A stretch of 64,000 nucleotides of DNA from Bugula neritina (taxonomy: Eukaryota > Animalia > Bryozoa): contig OZ037765.1 in the NCBI GenBank assembly GCA_964035545.1, forward strand, positions 22,257,504 to 22,321,503. The letters run 5' to 3'. The translations under genes and the position numbers were made by a program. Positions 50,001 through 62,232 of this stretch are shown here, piece by piece (the stretch's first letter is position 1; each line of letters starts with the position of its first letter). The notes below the pieces were generated by a model. The model was not told the origin of the DNA. It ran no database searches and saw nothing but the letters and a program-made list of their open reading frames with translations.

Positions 50001-53000
50001 AAATCAGACATTTTTTGCAAGGACTCGCACGTGTCACTGCAAATCCTTATTATTCCAATTAAGAATGTTTAGACTCTGACTGCATAATGATCTGGTGTTT
50101 TATAATCACCAAAATACTGTCTTTCAACTAGCTGTCACTGCAGCAGGTATATTAAGTTACATCACAATAATCAGCTGCAGGTAAAAAGTGCTGGCGTACT
50201 GTTTAGCCGCTAATGCAATAAAGCAAATCCTAATCTGTTTTGACAAGTTGTTATCCAATCATCTTTCCTGGTAAACAATTCTTCTAACAAAGGGTAGAAG
50301 GGTGAAGCGTACTGCATTGTGTATAATGTAAACAATACATTTTCTTTCCAATGAAATATAGCATTGCTGCTTGAATTTTTAACCTAAACAGTGTCAAATA
50401 TCTTCATCTATGACCTTTATTTGCAAATTTAAAGTGCTGCTACAAAACTGCCAGGCTTAAACAAACTTTCAAAGAGCTTTTACCTTGCCTCTATTCTCTA
50501 TGGCAATTTAGTAGAGCTATGTACTACATAAAATCTTGTATTACTGTATTGTCTATGTATGGAGGTATAATATTCCTATTTGAAACTATTTAAGATAGTG
50601 AACATTTTAATTTTTTTTTAATGACTTCATCTCTGCTTGTAATAAAAAATAGCACAGAGTAAAAAATCAATTAAAAAATGAAACATGATAAATTCACATT
50701 ATTTATTTGATTTTCTTTTAATTTATGCTAACCACTATTCTCATTTACTTTCAAAATGCTGCATCATGACAAAAAGAAGTAAAAATTTGAAATAAATGGT
50801 ACAAAAACAGAAGTGATGATAGCAATTTCAACATTTCGCTCACGTTTTTTACAATTCCAGTTAGAATAGCACAATAATATGATTATGACATGGTGCGGCT
50901 GGTGATTTTTTATGTACTACTACTGTATGTAAATGAGTATAGGTTTAGGTCTAGGTTTAGTGGATTCACAATTGGCATTAATAAAATATTATGACATTAT
51001 TGCAACTATAGCTCACAAAACTTGATTCTTTCTCAACTCAAACAACAAAAGTAAGATATAAAAAATGTTAAAAAAGAAAGATTATTTAAATACAATTTTG
51101 ACACAAGGAAGTAAAAAGTATTTCAACGGCCACAGAAATATAAGTGGAAGAACTACTCTTTTTGCAAATAATTATAGAATAAATTTTGCAGTATTTAGAA
51201 ATGAACTTGGGCAATTAATAAACTGTAGAAACGCAATTAGAAACTTGTACACTATAATGTAATTTATGTTGCTGTTTTGTATGTGAACCGTGCTTTATAA
51301 ATACATTTAAGATTTCTAAGAAAGCTTGTTTGCAGTGGGCGGACAGCTAGTTGCGTGGGATTGCCTACCTCCGTCTATTTTAGCTAGTTGCAGGTATCGC
51401 TCACTTTTTGTAAATGAAAATTTAACTAACGCGATTTTCTGTTTGTCTATAAACAAGATAATTTGAAAACTAGGTTTAAAGTAAAAATTTTACTTTAAGA
51501 TCCCATAATATTTAATATTATGGGATCTTAAATCAGCTAAAGCAAAATGCAAAATAAAAATTAACTGTGGAAATTGACAGCTCTGTGTAAATGGATTGTG
51601 TTGAAATAATAAAAGTAACAAAGACTATGCTTACAATAAACTATGGAGTAGCTGAAGAAGAAAAAGTAGCAGTTTGGAGATATAGCTGTAAGAAGCAAAC
51701 CAATGCTGCAAATGAATCCACCCACCATTCCCACAACTCTGTGTGACGTCCTGATGACCAGCCAACCAAATGGAGGGCCTAAAAATAGACTGTGTATAAG
51801 TAGAGAGTTTATAGCATATGGGTTACCGGCATTCAAAGATACTGCAAAGACGTTTGACAGTTAATTCACCAGATATCTAGTTTTGTCAGAAAATTTAAAG
51901 CCATAAAAATTAAAATACCTCAAAATGCAATATTTTTCTTCTTTATTTTCAAATTACTTTTTTTGTGAATCAATGAATTTACCAGTGGTAATTCTAAATG
52001 ACTCATTTTTCTATTAACTACTTCAAATACACTTATTTTCATAAATATTATTTTCATCAATCCTGATCAAAAATTTATTCAAAATTGTAACTCAAAAACT
52101 CAAACATAATGCCTTTGATGCATTAATTATTAGCTTAGGCTAGCAAACATAGGGGGATGGGGAGACTGCAAAAAATAATTAGCTTTAACAATAGTAAACT
52201 CTATGAGTTTTTTATTAACAAAATGTTTCTATTAAAAAACTATTTATAACATGTTTTTATTCAACATAATATTTCCTCATATACAAACTCAAGATAAATT
52301 TTGAAAAAATTAAATTGGACTTAATAATTGGGCCAAAAGAATGAATGAATACGCTAATATACATTCTAACAAATTAAAGCCATACAAACCAGCTAAGAGG
52401 CTGACAATAGAACTAGCCGAGAGAACCCATAAGGTAGTCTTTTCATTGCAATCTTTGAAGTTGTTTTCTATTTCTAGCTTGATTATACCAGTGCACTTGA
52501 ACGTTCCAGCAATGAGACAGAATAGGCCTGCTGAAGCTGTAAATATAGGAAAGGGTAAAGTAACAATTCTCTCAATTAAAATATGGTAATATGAGGCTGT
52601 AATGATTCAACTATACAGGAGTCTAACTTATTAGGCTCAGGAATTTTGTAGCCAATTTCCATAGACTGAATGAAGCCAGTCTGAGGAAGGTTTCCGGTCA
52701 TAACCCCGTTTAAGTCATCAGTTCCCAAGAGTCATCAATGTCATTGTTAGTTACTTGGGTAGTGATTGACCTTCGGTCTTGACCATTACTAGGGCATGGG
52801 CTTATGAATAGCATTACAAAACATGTCCAAGTGTTGTTTAATACTGCATGTTATACTATTAGCCCTTCCTGGACAGATAACTGGGGAAAGCAGCAGTCTG
52901 GGATAAGTCAGCCATGTTGAAGTAAGTAGGCCTACTATTTGCAAGCACAGAAAATTGCAACAGTTTTTTTGTATGCATATGCAAGTCTCTCGAGTCTAAC

Positions 53001-55188
53001 ATTCATTCATAGTTTCAAGAATGTTCAGCCCAGCCCTGTACTAAGATAGAAATAATAAATAAATAAAACGCAGCCATAGTGACACAGATATGCACCTTTC
53101 AAGTTTAGTGTATGTCATTAAAATCTACTTTTTATGGCAAGTCAATGTAGTAATCAATTTCATTTTTTGTGAAACAGAAGCTTATCCGAAGCATATTTTA
53201 ATAATCAGTAAGGAGCAGTGAGGTATAAGACAATCTTAATTACCATGGTGTCTGCAAAGAGCCACATTCCACACAATTCTGTGATTAGTGACAGGGGAAT
53301 GCATACATTGTATAGAATTTAGAATTAAATTATTAATATAAACATAAAATTGCCAAAAATTATTAAAGCAGAAGCTGCTGTCTAACTAGGTGCTTCACAA
53401 CTAGGAAGCTTTGGTATATAACTGTAAACTATTATCATAATAAACTGCTTTGTATTACATCATTACTGTGAAATATTACTGCTGCTGCAGTCATCAGAGA
53501 TATAATCGATTGGTGAACTTTTGAACCATTCATAATAGTACATCCAGTATTATTGCAAATCAGTATTGCGTGCAGTAAAACCTGCTGGGTATACCTATAA
53601 GCGATTTCCTTCGACATTTTACAAGGCCAAGTAAGCCTCAGGGTTGTGTTGTTGTAAATAAAATGCTTGGGCAGGTCTTAACATCCCTACAGTCTACCCG
53701 ATGCAACATACTATTATTCAAGCTATAAGTGAAGCCCTTGTTATTCACCAACATAACACTTAACATTCCTAGTAGTCATTTATATGTGGGCAAAGAGGTG
53801 CTGTAGAGTTGCACTGTAAGATGAAATGAATAATTGCTATAGCCTTGCCTATAAGCATTGATTAGTGGGCTAACAGCAACTTGAGTAGGTAATTGTAAAG
53901 TGAAGACATAACTTGGTCAAGGTCAAGTTTGACAGACAGCCTATTAGTAAGGTCGATATGTTGTTACACATAAATGACGCCTGTAAATAATACATGCAGC
54001 AAAATGCATTAAGACCATTATCAAACATGATCTAGCAGTATACTAACCTAATAAAAGGTCATTCAATATAACTGGTTGAGTAGGCATCTTTCATTCCTAA
54101 CTAAATTGCCTCTAGAACATGAGCACCCATGTTTTCCAATGACTCATTGTAGCTCCTCCCCCCCCCCCCTCCTTTAAATCATTTGCCATTAACTAACACC
54201 TTTTACTCTTGTGCATAGGAACATCAATTTGTTTTTCTATAGCTGTGCCTTTTATACATGTGTACTTTTCATAATTTAAAGTTCCAGTGCATACATAATT
54301 ATTATGCTCTAATGCACTATTAGGATTTAGATAATTTCCTAAACAAAATCTCTAAGTTTGGAAATAATATGAAACAAAGTGAGTTGTAAAATGAAATGCA
54401 CATCAGTGGAAAAGAGATAAGGTGATAATTAATCACAGCATTTCATAATCGCTATGAAAAGAAATTGAAATCACTATGAAAGAGATTAGAAAGAATGTTC
54501 ATACTTCAACTATAACTTCAAATATACTTGGAGATGTACAACAGTTCCCAGTAAACTCACATTGATATTAGATGCAATAAACCAAGTATGTAGGCTTCAC
54601 TTATCTCTTTAAAAAATCATTTCATCAACAGGGACCAATGAGGTGATTGATAGCATCATATTTTAACTCGGCCTCCCTTTTATCATTATATTTTTTGAAA
54701 ACTACTAAATGCAGTCTCATCAACAAGTAACAGCAAGGGCTAAAATTCTGTGTGCTCTTTCAACATTAATTTAAAACAATTGACGTTGCCAAATGACTTT
54801 TGTCTAGAAAGCATATTGGAAAATTATTCATTTTGAGACCCTTGAACAAATGTATTGGAAATGCAAATTAAAATTTTTGTCTATTTTTAGATACATAAAA
54901 ATACTGTCAAGTATGATAAGTTGCCAAGTAAGCCCATATTTCAATCACTTATCAAATACACATTTATTCAAATACACTTTAAGTTTTACAAAAAATTAAA
55001 CCTACAAGTCAATATAAAAGTGGTTAGCAAGGAAAATAAATGTTTGAAGGTAATTATATACAACAATGAATAAGGAGTGAGGAATTCTACTAACCAGCAA
55101 CGATAACCCACGCCCAGCCACTGTCCTTAGGAATTCCATCACTCTTTGCAGCTTTGTTCACAGTTTTAGAATTTCGTAGGCAAGGCAT
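44054..55188 (-). CDS. Monocarboxylate transporter (SLC16/MCT family, MFS)
   Basis: Exons 55188-55095 (PKDSGWAWVIVA), 52536-52390, 51778-51635, 49366-49184 (YFSKHRGLAVGLMASGSGLGG), 47204-46690 (AALLRP + long loop), 46182-45912 (EIVFRVFHGWFAD), 44973-44809, 44199-44054; all phases consistent; SLC16 signature motifs. Confidence 0.93.
47427..47632 (+). mobile_element. tRNA-derived SINE copy (best preserved)
   Basis: A-box-like TGGCCTGGTGG (47432-47442), B-box-like GTTCAAATCCC (47477-47487), AGGAAGAGCAT core, shared tail. Confidence 0.8.
48740..48800 (+). mobile_element. SINE-related fragment
   Basis: gatgtcagcaatgtcacctggtcataactgctcctgtgccac matches the SINE core gtcataattgctcctgtgccac. Confidence 0.5.
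49658..49710. repeat. 18-bp x3 tandem repeat
   Basis: agacatgtgagagaggac agacatgtgagagaggaa agacacgtgatagag. Confidence 0.8.
51494..51532. repeat. Perfect palindrome (19-bp arms, 1-nt loop)
   Basis: tttaagatcccataatatt-t-aatattatgggatcttaaa. Confidence 0.9.
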
Positions 55189-55592
55189 GCTGACTGAAGA
55201 AAAGATAATAGGACTATAACTTCTGCTCTATTAACTATGCAATGGTGGACATCTAGTAATCGGAGTGGTTGGCCCATAAAATAAACTATTCATAATGTGA
55301 GTACTAATAGAGCATGAAATGAGAAGCTAGATAACTATTACATTACTATTGTAATAAAACTTTACACTAGTATAACAGATGTGATTACCACAGTACTAGA
55401 CTAAAAGAGTAAGAGTATAGTATAAATACAAGTACTTGCTCAAACAAAACAAAAGTAATACAAATATATTATCAACATAATATATTCCTAATATTACAAA
55501 TATACAATGTAATGTAGTACACAAGTAATGTTCTACTTTTTCTGTGCTTCACACCACACTCTTCGAATACCACTTCACTAGCAAGCACAAAG

Positions 55593-55740
55593 CTATAGTA
55601 CTGTATGTTACACAACTTTAACCCTTCACCTTGCACTAGCTACACTACTGTATATTGCACAACTTATCTCCCCCTGTTGTACTCTACACTACTGTACAAT
55701 TGCACATTACACAACTTAATTCATCCTACATTGCACTAGC
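55593..55740. repeat. Degenerate ~45-55-bp x3 minisatellite
   Basis: Repeated ctacactactgta..tgcacaactta....ttgcactag units starting at ~55593, 55640 and 55684. Confidence 0.65.
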
Positions 55741-58096
55741 CACTCAGGTCTATACCACAATGCACTAAGCAGCCCTTCACTTCTATTTCAGCCTGCTGCC
55801 TTCCATAAAACCTACCTCAGGTGTTGTTTGTTGACTGCTGTCTCTAGTATGTAAGTCAGCACAACATAGAGTTCATAGTTCAACTAATGCTGCTAATGGA
55901 TGTGCCAAAGATTAATTGTCCACTCAGGCAATGTTGTCCACTCTACTAACAGTATATAAATAGCTTAAATAATATTGTTATACACAACACAGCACTCATC
56001 TACACAAAGCATAATCTTTTCGAGTAGACTAAATAAAGCATATTGACCATACCATATGTCTATAACTCTATCAGAATGAAAGATTACCAGCTTGCTAGAT
56101 TTAGTTAATCTATGTCGATCATATTTTTCATTTGGAGTTGTAAAGTTCAATTCATTTAAATTGCAGATGCCGTATGAAGAGCATTTGCAGTTTTGATATA
56201 ATAATTAAATTAATGAATATAATAATAAATAATAATGATAGATAATAAAAATCAAAGCCTTGGTGGAATGTTAAAATGGTTGCTTGATTATGAGCGTTAA
56301 TGTGAACCCTGCTTTGATGATTGCAAGGTGATTATCCGCAAGGAGAAAGACATCAATACTATTGGATGGAAGAATGCTAATGGCCAACTATGTTAGTCAG
56401 GTGTTGTTGCAGCACGTGTTGAGTGCATCTTCTGCATATAAGTTATGCAAAAACAGTATTGTGCAAATTGGAATACTGCTGTTACATAACTGCAACATAA
56501 AAAATTAACTTCCTAATTGCGGCAAAATGATTTATGTCTCAATTGGGAAAATTGTTATATAATTATTATATGAAATGCAAATCTTGTTAAGGATACTGTG
56601 TTTAATCTATATATTATTTCTAAAATTTTGCAGAAAAAATGTCTGGAAATAAATGTAATTAGCATCGGAGTTTTACCAAACATTATAAATGTGTGATGTT
56701 GACATAATCAATAGATATCAAACAATATTTTAGGCAATGAATTAACAGGTTGCATGTTAGATGTGTCACAAAGACCTCTAAAAGAATGTGTGGAGCCAGT
56801 ACAAAAGCCAAATAAACAATGTTTGCCATTGGCAGTAACTTGGGCAATTTTCAAGTGTATGCTGTTTAGACAACTCTTTAGCTTGACCTCTAACAAATAT
56901 GACCTTGACTAGTCACCAAAACAAAGCAAAGATTTTGATAGATCAACGATTTAGTTTTAAGTTTATGCCTGTTTCACATGTAGCCGATTGAAGTGAGTTT
57001 CTATGCTATCTTCCGACAGCAGTGGTGTGCTGCAACACTTAACCAGTTCAAACTCGCCTGCTTACCACTAAATAATCACAACTTAGCTGTAAAGGAGTTG
57101 CTGGACGCTGGTCACTCAATTATTATCTGACCCTCGAGGGGCTAATCTTTAGACAGTATGCCACAGCATGACGCTTAAAATTGATTACATTATACTAAGG
57201 ACTGACTATAACTTGAAATCTTTCATAGAAACTACACTTACATGACTTTTTTTATTCTCCTGGCAGTAATTGTTAAATACTAATAACCTTGTTTAGAAAA
57301 AAACCGGTGATGCTATAGCATGCTGGAATTATATCTGTTGGCATTGATATATAATATTTTTGTCAAATTTTGATAAAATACAAAATTTAAATAGTGAGCA
57401 TTGGTAAGCATAATTTTCAAATTTACATTAAATGATTAGGATTAAAGTCATCGAAAATCAAATAGACATAAATTTAATACACATTAATATATTATGTTCA
57501 TATTTGTACTGAGAAAGATATTCTGTACTCTCAAAGTAAACAGCTACCATGTTTATATTACCTTATAGTAACTTTTCCAGCCAGTCACTTTAATAACTCT
57601 AAGATCAATAATACATTTATTTGGTGTCATTAATTCTCTTACCTACATATTGAATAATGCAGGCCTATGAATTGCATATAACTAATGATAATATAATATT
57701 TACTTACAACAATGTAGTACTGAACTGCATGCAGTAGATACAGGTATGCAGGCTGCTACTCTCAGATGCCAATACAGTATGAGGTATACGATAGCTCCTT
57801 GTCTTATATATAATGTTGTCCTTCATTGCAATGTAAGGTAGGCGGATCTTGCTAATAATACTTGTAGCTTTGAGTAGTGATAGCATCAGCCATACAGCAC
57901 GCTCTAGTTCAACAATAGAAGATCTTGAATACTGTTTACAGTCAGTCTAAGGTGACTCTTGATGCATACAGTAACATACCCACAAGTAACATACACATTA
58001 ATCAGCTAATCGGCTAGATTATAACCAGTCCTTTTAGCAAGGTTAATAAAGGTTGATTAGTTTTACTTTTAAGCTCATTTAGTTGAAAAAAACATT

Positions 58097-58241
58097 TATA
58101 AGCAGCTCTGAGTTGGAGGTGACTGAGCGTGGTAGTTTGGGGTTCACAAGTTTTGAGTTGGGGATTCAAAATTCCAACCTAAATCCCCAACTCCAAACTT
58201 GAGAATTCCAAACTACGGCTCTCAACTTGGAGCTGCTTATA
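58097..58241. repeat. Imperfect ~145-bp hairpin (palindromic MITE-like)
   Basis: tataagcagctctgagttg..gtagtttggggttcacaagttttgagttggggatt / aatccccaactccaaacttgagaattccaaactac..caacttggagctgcttata. Confidence 0.75.
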
Positions 58242-60763
58242 GAAAGATTCCATCCACCTCAGTAAACATAGCCTAAAGTCTAACCTAATAATGGCCGGAG
58301 TTGTAGTGCAATTAACCAAAGACTAAGCTTATGCAACTTAAACCCAGTCGGAGTTACATGTTGGCTCATAGAGACATACAACATGCTTCTATACCTCGCA
58401 TGCCAGGGCACCTACTCATATTTCAGGGATGACTGGAAGTCCTGGCATTGTGCATAATCAGATAACTGGTTTAAACTCTCTTATTTCTCGACTTAGTTTC
58501 ACTCAAATTTGTGCAATCCTATGGTCTTATAACTTTTATATGCTCATAAAACTAACAGTCATATTAATTATTTGGTACTTGAGTTCAGCATAAGATATAA
58601 TTGTTCACATTCAATCTAAATTGATGAAAGAGGTTGATCAGGAGTTAAATGCAACACTTCTATGTGAACATATTATTTTATATTTTTATAACTCAAGCAG
58701 TCAATATAAATTATCTGCGGTAGTTGTCAAATTGATAGCTTACTTATACTTATTTTTTGCATAAAATTTCCTAAACTAGCACACAAAAATAATTCCAAGA
58801 AACCTTTCAAGTGTATAGTTAGTAGACAAAGTTAATTGGAGTGCAAATTATTCTTCAATCATGATTGCAGGCACCAACTAAATTAAAATTCAGAATTTTT
58901 CAGCTGAAATTAAGCACCACCTGTAAGAAATGTTATTTTTTGTTGGATGGATTTATGTATGCCTAATTATTGTGAAATTATTTAGAAATCCTTAAAGTAC
59001 CGCAAGAAAGAGATCTAAATAAATGCATGATTGAGTACTTTTTATGGTAATCATGGCACACAAATGATTGACATGATTGAAGGGGCAAGAGATAGGATCA
59101 ATTTTTTGACAGCTGTTCCAGCCCCCTGCTTGGCTATATTAGGTAACTCTACCTTTTGTAACTTTGCTCTGGTGCTTGTCAAAACAACAAGGAGTAAATT
59201 ATTGTTCACTATGAAAAGCTTGCCAATCAACTGCTTAGTTTTTGTACCCGATACTCGATAGGTCAAGTCTGACCAATGTGCAGCTGTTTATTACTATTGC
59301 CAATTGGTAAATAGTCAAAACGTTTTTATATATCATATATTGTAGTCACGCATTACTCTTTTACTCCCCACAAATTTTATAAATTGTTAACTTTTGGTAT
59401 ATTTCAATTGATAGCGACACACAGTGACTTTGGGGCCCTGATGTATGCAATTATTATTTTCGGCCCCAGTGATAGCATATATTAGTGTATTTATTGCAAA
59501 CAAGGTAGTCCTACTTTTTAAAAAGGCTTATTGGCAAATACATCAACAATTAAATGTTACAAAAAATGTCGAAAGAGGAACTAATTATTTTGTTGGCACA
59601 AAAACATCGCATCACAGATTGCTGTCTGCATAGTTAAGACAACTCCTTATGAAGCAGGTGCTTTATTTTACTTTTTGAAAAGTAGTGCAGCAGAGTATTA
59701 GCAAATTCATTCCCATTGCTTCGAATGGATTCAAACAGATTTGATTTGATCTGTTCTCCAACATGAAATAAAAAATCCATTAATGTGAAGCAATGGGACC
59801 ACAGCGTATATGCTAATAAAATAGCCTACTATAAAGCATTTAGCAACAACCAGTAATAAGCACAGTATAATACAACAGTAATAAACTTTGCCCTGATTGG
59901 CCAGTGTAAAACAGCCATTTACATTTAAATGGGTTATTATAGTTGGTTTCGGTTTTTTTTCAAACATTACAATCTGCAAGCCAGCTTACTTGAGTTGGCA
60001 GCATAAACCCATTATATAGTTTTGGAGAATGTGACCGAATTTGCAAGTCACTGCTGTTACAAAACTGAAACTTTTAAAAAATAATAGGAGTGCTGGGGAA
60101 ATATGGTGAGCTGTATGTTAATTGTGGCAATTGGCCAACATTTGTTTAATGTCAAAAGTGGGCCAAATGCACTGTAAAGCTTCTCTAACTAAATACATTA
60201 AGGTGACTCAACAGGTATAACTAAATTTGCACACAGCTTTGTAGATAGTATCAGGATATATTCAATTCAACATAGTCCAAGTGCTACAGCAAATGCTAAA
60301 TTATATTTGGGTGATATATATGTACCTGCTACAGCGAAAAGGAAAAATTCAAACTGCAAGTGTAGTTGACGTTCTGAAAGCCACCTGCGAATAAGCTGAC
60401 CGAATTACAAACTGATTTAGGTAAAATTATGCATGTAATGTTAGCAAGAAATGTCCCATATCGTACAGTGTTGCAATTAGTTGTTCTAATTATGCACCTC
60501 AGTACCTTTGTATTTTATATATCCTCAAGAACTGTGAGATAATGAATGAGCATGCCACTGCAGTTTAAACCCCAAGAGCAAGTTTCACACATTTACGGAG
60601 GCAGAAAATGACAAAGCCTTTTATTTCATTTTTACAAAAAACATTTGAATTTTTTTATATTTTACACCCAGTCAAAAAGACAGCAATGAACAATTATATA
60701 AATTACTAGATAAAAATCATATAAACAGTTAGACTAACAAAAATATAAAAGCCCAGAATTACA

Positions 60764-62232
60764 TCAAAGAATCTGCCCCATGGCTAGTGCCATTGCATAT
60801 GCATATATAGCTTGACAAGTTTGCTCTACTTCCAAATATTGACGAGCCTCACTGATCCAATCTTGAGCTAAGGTTCTGGGCACACCTTTCAACTGTAACA
60901 TACATCTTACAGCCTCAATCATAGAGTGCCTATCAATGAAATACCGAGCTTGTATTAGCAGGTCTTTGGTGCTCATTCCCTCAGTGCCAGATTGGTAAAA
61001 TTCAGATGAGGTTGTGTACTTTGGTTTCTCACCAAAGTGGGTCATTGAACCATAAGCTCTGGAAAGCCACGCAGAAAATATATTAGAGGAGTCGGGTAAA
61101 AATGCGCTTTTTCTGCATTCATTGAAAACTATTTCAAATCTTTTTTCAAGAGAAGAATGGGTGTAGAGTCCAAATGAGAGAACTCTTTCTGGTATTGAAT
61201 CAAGCAACGCTTGAACGAAAGTGTCAGTCGGACAAGCTTGTCTGCACATATCTACAGCCTCTTTGATATCCACTGTATGAAATGGAGTCGACGCCACTGG
61301 GTCTACAAACACACCAGCCAATTGAAACTTAGATTATCTATCCGAATAGAGTGGCACGGTAAACAAATTCAATTCATCATCAAAATATCTATAAAATAAT
61401 TTAATATACAATCCTAAATGTTTATACATACATATAATTTATAATAAACATTTGCCAAGCAACTGTATTCTACCACATGACAGTGCCTGCATTAAAAGAG
61501 GCAAAGCATGTCCGCTAACTAGATTTCTAAAACTAATATTTATAGTAAAAAATTCAAGAATGTTCTGAAAAACTTCGCTTTACACCGCAGTACACCGATA
61601 ATTGTTTTCAACTTCTAACCACCAATATAAGTATTACCAACATGCTCTAAACACATCATGATGACTTACAAAAACACTTTACATAACAGTTTTGAACTGG
61701 TCAAAACCTGTTTGTTATTTAGAGGAAGTTTATCCATTTTCAAACGTTTCAACCTATTAACTAATTATCCTATACTAAATGTTATGTTCCATAGACAAAC
61801 ACAATGATTCATCATACAGTCTTTACTCCTTTCAACTAAGAAAATCTAAAAAATGTACAACTACTTAAACCAGGAATATCTTAATAGTTCACCTCGACCA
61901 TCTATTGAACAAGGTAGTGTTAGAAAATTTATCAACAACTGAACGGAAAAGATCTCTTTACAGATTGCAATGAAATATTTTTGCTATCAAGAGAAAGTAA
62001 CTTTAACTGTATAAAATGAAATTATGTTGAAACAACCTCTACTTTTTATAGGATGTGAAATGTTGACTTTTGTTTGCAAACATTCGTATTCAAATAGGTA
62101 AGGTCACGTTGGGCACCATTAGACCTTTTGCAATATTCCTTTCACCCTGCACCTGTCACAGTGGAGTTGACAGAGAGCCTAGCTATTACTAGCAGAGCTT
62201 CAGTACAAAGTACCATAACTTTTGGATTGAAC
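60764..62232 (-). CDS. IMMT: Mitofilin-domain protein (MICOS Mic60/IMMT-like), 3' exons
   Basis: Terminal exon 61302-60764 (DTFVQALLDSIPE..GLYT..LEKRF; QLKGVPRTLAQDWISEARQYLEVEQ) matches the Mic60 C-terminus; phase-compatible exon 62232-62153 (VMVLCTEALL ~ LWLSVEAL). Orthologue versus paralogue unresolved. Confidence 0.8.

Noticed and set aside
55300-55440. TA-rich patch upstream of the first MCT coding exon as a fourth TNA tract
   Set aside because: TAG/CTA-rich but sustained 6-bp phasing is not convincing by eye; needs the autocorrelation test.
59031-59266. Overlapping 71-76-aa ORFs on both strands
   Set aside because: No recognisable homology and no splice partners; expected by chance.
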